From a virus (taxonomy: Duplodnaviria; Caudoviricetes): a DNA stretch of 35,271 nt. Under the pieces are notes generated by a model. The model was not told the DNA's origin, ran no database searches, and worked only from the letters and a program-made list of their open reading frames with translations. The stretch is taken from the IMG/VR virus record IMGVR_UViG_3300037047_000137, positions 1 to 35,271 of that record, one strand, 5' to 3'. A program made the position numbers and the translations under genes. This document shows, in pieces, positions 26,022 through 34,156 of this stretch (position 1 is the stretch's first letter; the number at the start of each line of letters is the position of its first letter).

Positions 26022-26661
26022 GGGTGAGCCTCCGGACAACGGGCCCACCCTTGATCACCCGACCGACACCCTTGCGCATATACCCTGGCCGGCTGTCGCG
26101 CGTCTTCACCTGCTTGAGTTCCAGCACCTCCTGCGCCACCTGCCAGTCGAGCGAGTTGTCGAAGTACAGCACGACGTAGTTATGCTCTTCCAGGAGCTCA
26201 GCCGTCACCACCACCTCCCCCGTTTCGCCTTTCTCGGGCGCTTTCAACCCCGGCAGCTCGATCCCCTCCAGCCTCAGCGACGCCGACAGGTCCGGCAGCT
26301 CCACCTTGAGGTCCGCGAGGATCTCCGCCACCCCGTCCGTGAACTCGCCTTCGATGGCCCGGTTGTTGAGCGCCAGGGCCAGCGCAGCCGCCCTCTTCGC
26401 CGGCAGGCTGACCACCACGCACGGCGCGGTGCTGACCCCCAGGTCGACGAGTTCCCGGTGCCGCTGGTGCCCGCTGACAATCTCCCACCGCCCCCGGATG
26501 CGGTTCACCACGATCGGCTGCACGCAACCGAACTCCTCGATGGAAGCCCTCAGCCCCGCCCTCGCCGCCGGCTTGATCTCCCGCGGGTTCTTTTCCCACC
26601 CCTTCAGCTCCGCCAGTTTCAGCGTCCGCACCTCCGGTTTGCTCTTCACGTCATGGCTCAT
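26014..26661 (-). CDS. ParB/Srx N-terminal domain protein
   Basis: ATG at 26661 with a GGAGGG SD. NPR, SIEEFGCVQPIVVN, IVSGHQR and ALALNN motifs. Confidence 0.88.
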   Translation of the reverse strand: MSHDVKSKPEVRTLKLAELKGWEKNPREIKPAARAGLRASIEEFGCVQPIVVNRIRGRWEIVSGHQRHRELVDLGVSTAPCVVVSLPAKRAAALALALNNRAIEGEFTDGVAEILADLKVELPDLSASLRLEGIELPGLKAPEKGETGEVVVTAELLEEHNYVVLYFDNSLDWQVAQEVLELKQVKTRDSRPGYMRKGVGRVIKGGPVVRRLTRV

Positions 26662-26954
26662 CCCTCCTTGTGCGTTTTGCTTAAGTTCCTTCCCGCCGCC
26701 GCCGATAGATTCCCAGACATCCCAACCCGGGGTCATGGCCTTGCGCCATGTCGGCCGGCAGACCTTGTGCACCGGCCCCGGCGATGCTACACCATCGTCG
26801 GCCCGGACTACCCGTTTATCGCAGAACCTTTGCCGCGGGGGCGCTGATTGACCCCAAGAACGACACCAACCCCCGCTGCATCGGGTCGGGGAACACGGAG
26901 GTTCCCCGGCCTTGACCTTCGTCCCCCGCCAGAAAAATAACCCAAAAATCCTTG

Positions 26955-27005
26955 GAGATAGCGACCGGCGCCCTTCTTCGGGGGGGGGTGGCCGGAAGGA
27001 CCCGT
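26955..27005 (-). other. Putative cos packaging site (cosQ plus cosN)
   Basis: The minus strand reads ACGGGTCCTTCCGG, with GGGTCCT (27003-26997) followed 23 nt later by GGGCGCCGGTCG. This matches the lambda layout GGGTCCT-23 nt-GGGCGGCGACCT. Confidence 0.7.
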
Positions 27006-27056
27006 GAGGGGAATCCCCACACGCACATATCACTTTTGCTTGAACCCCGCGAAAGT

Positions 27057-27237
27057 AAGTTGGCGGCTTGTGTCCGCCAACTTTCCCGGACCGGGTAAAG
27101 TTGGCGAAAGTTGGCGGAAAAAGACACACACCTTTAGGTGTGTCTTTTTCGCCAACTTCGCCTACCCGGGTCCGGGAAGGTGGCGGACTGCAAGTTGGCG
27201 GCCGAAGTTGGCGGTCGCCAACTTTCTCCGCCAACTT
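27057..27237. repeat. Iteron cluster and large imperfect palindrome (candidate replication origin)
   Basis: AAGTTGGCG or its complement at 27057, 27075, 27098, 27108, 27150, 27192, 27205, 27216 and 27229, plus a 1-mismatch copy at 27177. Central palindrome GAAAAAGACACAC..CCT TT AGG TGTGTCTTTTTC. Confidence 0.85.
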
Positions 27238-27257
27238 CGAGAATGATATAATCCGGG

Positions 27258-28424
27258 TCATTTCTCGCCCCCGGTTCTCGCCCTGAAGTGCAGTCCGCCT
27301 CCCCGTTCCCCGACCTTCGCTTCGAACAGGCCACAGGCCTTTGGCCCGTCGCTTGCTGACAGTTCGTCCAGGCCGTGGCTGCTGATCACGCCGGCCACCA
27401 GGGAGCGCACAGCGTCCCTGGAGAAGTGTTCACGGCCGTAAACGATCTCCACAAGCTCCCGCTTGGACGTCCATCGATCGGTCTGCAGGTAGGTGCAGAA
27501 CGCCGCGTCATTGAGCGCTTCGGGTGGCTTCTCGCGCACCACCTGCGGCCGGGTTCTCTTCAGGCGTTCGGGGTCGTGTTCGGTTGACTCCCAGAGCGGG
27601 TAGTTCCATCGGAGCACGATGGGTTCGGGCTTCGGCCAAGTCCGGGTGACGGCCTCCGCCACGAAGCAATCGGCTTCTTCATGCTCCCGAAGGATCAGGT
27701 GGGAGTCGGTCGCCCCACTGATGGCGCCTGCCCCGCGGCCGACCTCGGTGACGGACTTCCCCGCCTGATTCCCTTTCGACGCGTGATGGATCACCACCAC
27801 GCCCGACCGCTCCAGCGTCGCCGACATCGTGTCGATCTGGTTGTAAACCTGCGCCATAGCGGCGTTGTCATTCTCCGAGCAGCCTTCCGGCAGGAAACGA
27901 TAGAGGCTGTCCAGGATCACCAGGACCGGCGGATTCTCCATGAGGTGCTGGATGACTGAATTCAGTTCGTCCAGGGGCTTCCATTTGCCTCTGAGCGTTG
28001 CGATCATCATGTGATTTTCGACCTCTGGCGGCAACTCCATCGTCTCCCTGACCGCCTTCAGCCTCGCCGAGATCGTTTCTGGGTGGAGCTCGTTGTCGAT
28101 GATGGCCACCGGACCTGGCGCGCAGAACCAACGGTGGTTGAGCCACGGCCGTCCCGCAACCGCTGACAGTGCCAGGGAATACGCCAGCCACGATTTCCCT
28201 ATCTTTGACGGCGCAACGATGTTCAGCGTCTCCCCCTGGCGCAGGAGGCCATCGATCACCGCCGGCCGGTAATCGCTGCCGAATCTCGAGCGAAGGTCCG
28301 GCAGGCTGTAGAGTCCTTCCTCCCTGGCCTTCCTGGCCAGGGCTTCGGTGGTCAGCCGCTCGGTTTCGAGCCTCAGCCCGTCCGGGCCCAGAATCGCCCC
28401 CACGTCGTTGGCGTCGATCTTCAT
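27258..28424 (-). CDS. AAA_25 / RepA-type (RecA-fold) replicative helicase
   Basis: Walker A APSKIGKS, LVILDSL, IHHASKG and GRGAGAISG. ATGA overlap at 28421-28424. Confidence 0.88.
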   Translation of the reverse strand: MKIDANDVGAILGPDGLRLETERLTTEALARKAREEGLYSLPDLRSRFGSDYRPAVIDGLLRQGETLNIVAPSKIGKSWLAYSLALSAVAGRPWLNHRWFCAPGPVAIIDNELHPETISARLKAVRETMELPPEVENHMMIATLRGKWKPLDELNSVIQHLMENPPVLVILDSLYRFLPEGCSENDNAAMAQVYNQIDTMSATLERSGVVVIHHASKGNQAGKSVTEVGRGAGAISGATDSHLILREHEEADCFVAEAVTRTWPKPEPIVLRWNYPLWESTEHDPERLKRTRPQVVREKPPEALNDAAFCTYLQTDRWTSKRELVEIVYGREHFSRDAVRSLVAGVISSHGLDELSASDGPKACGLFEAKVGERGGGLHFRARTGGEK

Positions 28425-29632
28425 GCCCGGTTCTCCACGGGCGGCGGCGGGATGCACTTCGCGCAGACCTCGCCGCCCTTCCAGCCGAATGCCGGCCAGA
28501 ACTCAGTCCCTCCGCACTCCGGACACGGTGCCGACGGGTCGCGTGGTACCCGGTCCCCCGCGTACTTCAGGCGTTCCGGAAGCTCCCTGACCCTGACTGG
28601 CTGTTCCGCTGGGGTTTCCTGCCCCGTTTCCTGCCCTTCCCGGGGTTCTTCTTCCTCGGTCGGTGCGATACCACCCGCCGGCGAGATCGGTTCCCCTGGG
28701 CAATCTATGGCGGCCGGGGACGTGTATTCGTAGGCGGTCACCGACAGCCCGGCCGCGGTGAGCGCCTCCGCCACCGAATCCCGCCACTTCTCTCCGGCCC
28801 CGTCCCCGTCATAGGTCACCACAACGAACCTGGGCGCGACCTTCCGGATCCGCTCCACCAGCTTGGCCGGGAACTTCCCCCCCTCGCCCGTTGTCGGCGA
28901 CGTCGCCGCGTACCCCGCCCCGACCAACGCCAGGGCCTTAAGCTCGCCAGGACACAGGTACAGCCGATCCGGCGTCTGCCAATCCTCCGGCGGCGGCCAA
29001 AGCGTCTGCGTCCCGTGTTTGGGCTTGGCCGGCGGGTACGTCCCCAGCGGCGCCCATAGGCACTTGGGGCTTTTCGCCTCGCGCCGGCCTTCCTGGTGGA
29101 TCTTCACCGCCAGGAGCTCGCCCCCGGGGCCGGTGATGGGGATCACCCACCCCGTCAACCGCCAGGACCGCCATTCCCTGAACCTGACGCCCAGCGCAAA
29201 GCCCAGCCGGTACCGCTGGGCCGCCTCGATGGTGATCCCCCGCCTGCCGAGCAGCAAGTGTTCCTGAATCCCCGGGTCAGACATCAGCAGGCCGTGCGCA
29301 TCCCGCAGCAGCCTCTCCGCCCTGACCTGGTCGACCCGGGGTTCCTGGTACTCTTCATCCCTCCCGACCTTCACCCCGAGCTCGCCTTCGAGGCGGCGGA
29401 CCGCCTCCGCCGGTGACGCCAGGTGCCATGACCGCATCGCCGCGTCGATCACCGTCCCCGATCCGCACCCTGCCATGCACTTCCAGAACCACACCCCGGA
29501 CTGGTCCTGCCATACCGACATGCTGCCGTGCGCGTCCTGGTGGTACGGACACCGCAGGTGTGGCCCGGGCTTGTCCCGGCCCAGCACGGCCATCAGCAGC
29601 GCGGAGTCGCGCTTAAGGGCGGATAGGTCCAT
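28421..29632 (-). CDS. DNA primase-like protein (CHC2 zinc finger, Toprim, C-terminal zinc ribbon)
   Basis: CPYH...WKCMAGCGSG, LCPGELKA, YDGDGAG and CPEC...CAKC. Start is the ATG at 29632. Confidence 0.8.
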   Translation of the reverse strand: MDLSALKRDSALLMAVLGRDKPGPHLRCPYHQDAHGSMSVWQDQSGVWFWKCMAGCGSGTVIDAAMRSWHLASPAEAVRRLEGELGVKVGRDEEYQEPRVDQVRAERLLRDAHGLLMSDPGIQEHLLLGRRGITIEAAQRYRLGFALGVRFREWRSWRLTGWVIPITGPGGELLAVKIHQEGRREAKSPKCLWAPLGTYPPAKPKHGTQTLWPPPEDWQTPDRLYLCPGELKALALVGAGYAATSPTTGEGGKFPAKLVERIRKVAPRFVVVTYDGDGAGEKWRDSVAEALTAAGLSVTAYEYTSPAAIDCPGEPISPAGGIAPTEEEEPREGQETGQETPAEQPVRVRELPERLKYAGDRVPRDPSAPCPECGGTEFWPAFGWKGGEVCAKCIPPPPVENRA

Positions 29633-29658
29633 TGGGTGTCCTTCGTGGGCAGGAGGCG

Positions 29659-29705
29659 TTGACAACGACATGTTGATCTGTACGATGCTTCCAAGGTAAG
29701 GAGGT
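29659..29705 (+). promoter_or_regulatory. Sigma70 promoter and perfect Shine-Dalgarno of the antisense accessory gene
   Basis: TTGACA-16 nt-TACGAT, and TAAGGAGGT at 29697-29705. Confidence 0.7.
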
Positions 29706-29711
29706 ATCACT

Positions 29712-30311
29712 ATGCTCGCGATACTGAGTGCCATGCCGATTCAGGATGCTCCGACCGTAGCGAGTGACACCACTACGCAATGGATCATGGGCATATCGTC
29801 TATAGTCCTGGCTGCTGTTGGGATTTTTACCATGATCGCCAACGCCAAACTTGCCGCTCGCACAGCGGAGTTGGCGGAATCCACGGCGAAGCAGGCCCAG
29901 GCGACAGAAGGCCAGGCGCGCGCCACTGCCGCTATATTCGCAGCAACACACGTGAACGACCTGCAGAAGCAGGTCGATGACATACAGCGCATGCTGGATG
30001 GCGCAGAGAACAATATTCAGTATATGCGAAACAATCCCAACCATTACTTCCCCTCGCGAAAAGAAGAAATTATGGCCTTGGACAGAGATGTATTTGCCAA
30101 CAGGGTCTTCCCTCAAAGTCGGCACTTGCTGCATTTGGCCATCCGCTACAAGCAGCACCTTAGTCGCTACCATAACAGGCCGGATGTAGCAGCTGATCCA
30201 ACGCAACTTGATGCTGCGCGTTCCCTGTTGCCGGAGATAAAGGAGACCATTGTGCAACTTAGACAACTCGTCGCCAGTCTCACAAAGCATGTTGAGGATG
30301 GTACCAATTAG
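29712..30311 (+). CDS. Moron-like membrane-anchored helical protein of unknown function
   Basis: 199 aa with one TM segment (WIMGISSIVLAAVGIFTMIA) followed by a coiled coil. Lower GC, antisense to its neighbours, with its own promoter and SD. Confidence 0.8.
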   Translation: MLAILSAMPIQDAPTVASDTTTQWIMGISSIVLAAVGIFTMIANAKLAARTAELAESTAKQAQATEGQARATAAIFAATHVNDLQKQVDDIQRMLDGAENNIQYMRNNPNHYFPSRKEEIMALDRDVFANRVFPQSRHLLHLAIRYKQHLSRYHNRPDVAADPTQLDAARSLLPEIKETIVQLRQLVASLTKHVEDGTN

Positions 30312-30586
30312 CATTGGTTCTCGCTTTCCGCCTTCCGTGTGACCAATCCCCACTTGCCGTTGTCCCTCTCGATCTCCACCGGCGCCACAAGATGCGGCTC
30401 GCCGGCCAGCATGCGACGTGACCACACGTCGATAAGCCCCATCGCGTCGAGGGCTGCCGCCGGGATCTCGCCGCTTTCGATCTGGGCCAGCGGCCGTTCC
30501 TCGAATGGCACACCCTGGGCCGTCAACTCCGCCTTGCGTTTCTGACAGGCCTCGCACATCGGCATGGTGTAGAGAATCCTTTTCAC
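30308..30586 (-). CDS. Glutaredoxin/NrdH-like protein
   Basis: GTG at 30586 overlaps the helicase stop. ILYTMPMCEAC..K..L...GVPFEER, with a cis-Pro-like VAPV. Confidence 0.65.
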   Translation of the reverse strand: MKRILYTMPMCEACQKRKAELTAQGVPFEERPLAQIESGEIPAAALDAMGLIDVWSRRMLAGEPHLVAPVEIERDNGKWGLVTRKAESENQC

Positions 30587-32109
30587 AGCCGCGACCAGTC
30601 CACGTGAAGCTGTCCGCCAACCCCCACCAGCGCCGGGAACATCCGCTCCGGCGGTGCTGACTCCACCGGCTCCGCCGCCGGCGCGGCCGATATCCGTCCC
30701 GCCCCGTCGATCGGCGGCCACCTGTTCCCCTTTACGATCCCCGACAGCGCAGCGATAAGGTCCGCCGCGAATCCGAAGCGCAGCCCATCCGGTCTGTCCG
30801 CCACGGCCCGCAGACACGTCCGCCACCCCGCCGGGATTGCGCCTCTCGCCCTCTCGATGCCGCTCCGGAGCGCCGCGCACTGAAGCTCCGTCGCCGGCTT
30901 CAGTCTTTCCGCCTTGGCGATTGTCTTCCTGCCCCCCATAAGCCCGGCCGCGTCACACGCCACAACCAGGCACCGGATCACCGATTCGATCCACGCCAGT
31001 GCCACGGGGATGTTGGCTTCGCGCAACCGCTCCGCCGCGACCATCGGGTCAATCGGCCCCTCCCATTCCGGCTTTTCGGGCGGCTCCCCCAAAGCCTCCG
31101 CGTACCCCAACTGGAAGTTGCCGAACAGGTCGTGCGGATCGTAGAACGTCGCCTCGCCCTTCCCCGGATGGCTCCGGAGCAATCTACCGATCTCCTGGAC
31201 GAACCGGACCCGGCTTTCGACCTGCCGCCTCAGCAGCAGCCACCGCAGCCAGGGATAGTTCGCTCCCTCGGCCAACAGGTTCACGTGAACCGCGCACCGC
31301 AACGCGCCGTCCCGCAGCTCGCGCAACACGCGCCGCCGGTCCCTGGGCATCAGCCGGGAGTGAATCGCCTTGGTCGGCACGCCCTGGCCGTTCAGGTAGG
31401 CCGCGAACCCTTCCGCGTCCTCGATGTCGGTGGCATTGGCCAGCCCCGGCCCCTTGGCATCGCGGACCAGGTCCAGGCACGTCCGGTCAAGCCCATCCAC
31501 CGCCTGCGCGTGGACGATCCGCCAGGGGCACACGACTTCGTCCGCCTGGGCCTCCGCCACGCCATAGCGATAGATCAGCCGGCCGAAGAGGCTGATGGCC
31601 TCGCACAGGTCCGACCTGAACGGCGTCGCCGTCAGGCCCAGCGAATGCGCCGGCGAAAGATTCTTAAAGTCATCCAGGATCGTGCTGCATTCTGTTTTGT
31701 GGCACTCGTCCGCGATCCACAACGCCACCCTGCGCCCGGCCGCCTGGAGCTTTGCCGACAGCGCCGGCACGCTCGGGATGCAGCAGACCACGATGTCGCC
31801 CAGCCGTTTTCTTCGGCCGTACCACGTCCCGATATGCCGCGCGAACCCGCACCGCTCGCGAATCGCGGCAAAAAGGTCTTCGACAAGCAGTTCCGTGGAG
31901 GTGCTCACCACCACCACCTCGCCGGGTTTCAACTCCACGGTGGCGCAGACCTCGCGCACCAACAGGCTCTTGCCCGCTCCCATGATGGCGCTGACCACCG
32001 CCGGTTCCGGAACTTCGGCCGCGTAGTGCTTCACTACGGCCTCGAAAGCCGCTGTCTGCCACTTCCGGGGAGGGCAGAGCGGCCAGGTGGGGGCGGCGAA
32101 CTTCAGCAT
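30583..32109 (-). CDS. Superfamily 2 (DExH, ResIII-like) helicase
   Basis: RKWQ, MGAGKS, IADECH, GLTATP, LAEGANYP and QEIGRLLR motifs. Confidence 0.92.
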   Translation of the reverse strand: MLKFAAPTWPLCPPRKWQTAAFEAVVKHYAAEVPEPAVVSAIMGAGKSLLVREVCATVELKPGEVVVVSTSTELLVEDLFAAIRERCGFARHIGTWYGRRKRLGDIVVCCIPSVPALSAKLQAAGRRVALWIADECHKTECSTILDDFKNLSPAHSLGLTATPFRSDLCEAISLFGRLIYRYGVAEAQADEVVCPWRIVHAQAVDGLDRTCLDLVRDAKGPGLANATDIEDAEGFAAYLNGQGVPTKAIHSRLMPRDRRRVLRELRDGALRCAVHVNLLAEGANYPWLRWLLLRRQVESRVRFVQEIGRLLRSHPGKGEATFYDPHDLFGNFQLGYAEALGEPPEKPEWEGPIDPMVAAERLREANIPVALAWIESVIRCLVVACDAAGLMGGRKTIAKAERLKPATELQCAALRSGIERARGAIPAGWRTCLRAVADRPDGLRFGFAADLIAALSGIVKGNRWPPIDGAGRISAAPAAEPVESAPPERMFPALVGVGGQLHVDWSRL

Positions 32110-32112
32110 TCG

Positions 32113-32316
32113 CTACAATTCCTGTACCGTGTAGCCACGGGTCTTGAGCTTCGCCACGGTCAACGCTTCGTTTGTGGCCGCTTGCCGGTCATTCAACAGC
32201 AGTTCCCAAGCTTCCGCTTCAGTAGAGCCGACAAGCAGCTTGGTCGTTACCCCACCGATGCAGATCGTCCCCCCTGGCGTCACCGGCGCGAACCGTTTCG
32301 GCTTTTTGAGACTCAT
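32113..32316 (-). CDS. Small hypothetical protein
   Basis: ATG at 32316 with an AAGGAG SD (alternative start 32349). Fills the gap between the methylase and helicase genes. Confidence 0.55.
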   Translation of the reverse strand: MSLKKPKRFAPVTPGGTICIGGVTTKLLVGSTEAEAWELLLNDRQAATNEALTVAKLKTRGYTVQEL

Positions 32317-32345
32317 GGTCTTCTCCTTCCGTTCAGCCACGGCAA

Positions 32346-33746
32346 TCATGCGCTTAAGAGCTCCCGGCAAAGGGCGGCGGCGGTGAGCACCGGAACCGCG
32401 TTGCCGATCTGTTTGACCTGTTTGTCGCGACACCCTCCGAATATGTAGCCAGCCGGAAAGGACATGGCCGCGGCCAGCTCGTGGGGCTGTAGCATCCGGA
32501 ACGTAATATCCAGCCGCTCCCCGGATACGAGCCCGTAGCGATCCTTGGTCGTCAGCGTCGCCAGCGGTTCCTGGATCGACCGCGCCCCTCCCTGCCCGTG
32601 GTACTTGATCAGGAACGGCTGCACGATCCCGCCTCCGCCGCGGCCGGCGGTCACGGTCTGCAATGGGCTGTCTATGCTCCTCGGGGCGTTGCCCCGGTAG
32701 TAGCCTTCTGGAGGCAGCAAGAATGGACGGACCAGCCCGTAACGGTTCGACGTGTCTTGAACCGGGAGGGGCAACTCGATGTCATGCACCCGGCCGGCGC
32801 CATCGGAGCGGCCGGCGTGATTGCCCTGATAGCGCACCAGGAACGGCCGAACAAGCGCGATGTGGGCAGGACTCGTAGTCACGGTGGGGACCGGAGCGTC
32901 CACGCTGCGAAGGCCCCGATTGCCATAGATCATTACCAGGAAGGGCTCGGCGGCCGAGCCCCAGAATCTCTCGATGCCGGCGGCGATCCGCTCCAGCGTC
33001 CGCGGCGCGAGTGGATGCTTACGGCCGAAGACGCTGCGGCCCGGGAGCGACCAGTCGATCACCTCGCTTGCCGACCGCCAAGGCGGCAGCAGGTCGCCAG
33101 CCCTACAATGCGTCGGGGTTGGCCACGGCACCGGCCGACGGCCCCGCACGGCGGCGATGAACAGCCGCACCCGACTGGTTGGGTCGCCGTAGTCTGCCGC
33201 ACACAACAGGCGGTCTTCAACCGTGTAGCCGAGCGATCGCAGCGCCGCAAGAAATGCGCGGTAGGTCTCGCCCCGACGCGACTTCAGCGGCTTCCCGTCC
33301 GAGCCCAACGGCGCCCAGTCGCGAAACTCGCGGACGTTCTCGATAAGAACCGACTTCGGCCGGCAGACCTCCACCCACCGCAGCACGCACCACGGGGTTG
33401 AGCGCTTCTGGTCGCTACGTGGCTTGCCCCCCAGAGCATTGCTGTGGTGCGTGCACTCCGGGCTGGCGGTTATCAGGTCGATGCGCTCGCGGCCAATGAC
33501 CGCTCGCGGGTCAAGCCCGGGAACCTCGATGCCCAACTCGGTCACAACGGGCTGCAGCGTCCCGCAGATGTGTCGTGCATCTGGATGGTTCGCCGCATGG
33601 CTCTCGATGGCCAACGGCCAGTGATTGATGGCGGTCAGACGCAGCCTGCGGCCCAGGCCGGAGGCCGCCAGTTGCAGTCCGGTCGAAGTTCCTCCTGCAC
33701 CACAAAACAGGTCAATAGCACGAATCTCCCTCCTGCTATCGATCAT
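32346..33746 (-). CDS. C5 cytosine DNA methyltransferase (phage orphan type)
   Basis: DLFCGAGG, SPECT, IENVREF, YGDPTSRVRLF and QIGNAVP. ATGA overlap at 33743-33746. Confidence 0.93.
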   Translation of the reverse strand: MIDSRREIRAIDLFCGAGGTSTGLQLAASGLGRRLRLTAINHWPLAIESHAANHPDARHICGTLQPVVTELGIEVPGLDPRAVIGRERIDLITASPECTHHSNALGGKPRSDQKRSTPWCVLRWVEVCRPKSVLIENVREFRDWAPLGSDGKPLKSRRGETYRAFLAALRSLGYTVEDRLLCAADYGDPTSRVRLFIAAVRGRRPVPWPTPTHCRAGDLLPPWRSASEVIDWSLPGRSVFGRKHPLAPRTLERIAAGIERFWGSAAEPFLVMIYGNRGLRSVDAPVPTVTTSPAHIALVRPFLVRYQGNHAGRSDGAGRVHDIELPLPVQDTSNRYGLVRPFLLPPEGYYRGNAPRSIDSPLQTVTAGRGGGGIVQPFLIKYHGQGGARSIQEPLATLTTKDRYGLVSGERLDITFRMLQPHELAAAMSFPAGYIFGGCRDKQVKQIGNAVPVLTAAALCRELLSA

Positions 33747-34093
33747 GGCCGTCTTTCCTCCACCAGCACCCGGACCTGATAGCTCCCGACGGTCTCCTGC
33801 CGATACGTCCACGTGATCCGCTGATCGCCGTCATCCACCCCCAACGCCTTGGCCACCCCATCGCGGACGTGCTTTGCCGAGGTGGCAAGGTTGTCGTCAT
33901 CGAGCCAGCCCTTGCCGAATCGCGTGATGGTTACCGTCAATGGCAGCCGTGGCCGGCCGCGACGATGAATCTCGTTCGCCGTCAGCAGCAGCGCAGCTTC
34001 CCGCTGCCGCTTCGCGCGTCTTGCCCGCGAGCCCCAATGCTCGCGCTCATTGGTCTCGCTGACCAAACGGCAAGGCCACGTAAAATCGAACAT
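33743..34093 (-). CDS. RusA-like Holliday junction resolvase
   Basis: LDDDNLATSAKHVRDGVAKALGVDDGD catalytic pattern. ATG at 34093. Confidence 0.75.
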   Translation of the reverse strand: MFDFTWPCRLVSETNEREHWGSRARRAKRQREAALLLTANEIHRRGRPRLPLTVTITRFGKGWLDDDNLATSAKHVRDGVAKALGVDDGDQRITWTYRQETVGSYQVRVLVEERRP

Positions 34094-34109
34094 GGGGAAC
34101 TCTCCAGGA

Positions 34110-34150
34110 GAAAGAAGCAAGGGGCGGGTGGTTGGTTGCCACCCGCCCCT
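34110..34150 (-). terminator. Intrinsic terminator
   Basis: GGGGCGGGTGG / CCACCCGCCCC stem followed by TTGCTTCTTTCT. Confidence 0.7.
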
Positions 34151-34156
34151 GCACGG

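Noticed and set aside
27057-27237. CRISPR-like array
   Set aside because: The repeats are only 9 bp, occur in both orientations and are irregularly spaced. No cas genes are present.
26662-27261. 200-aa N-terminal extension of the ParB ORF given in the track (26014-27261)
   Set aside because: It runs through the iterons and cos site and translates as low-complexity sequence. A strong SD supports the ATG at 26661.
29640-30330. Second integron cassette at the antisense moron
   Set aside because: There is no R''/L''/L'/R' structure after the stop codon, and the gene has its own promoter.
29613-30620. 335-aa minus-strand ORF spanning the moron
   Set aside because: It has no motifs and overlaps a plus-strand gene with a clear promoter and SD, as well as the glutaredoxin-like gene.
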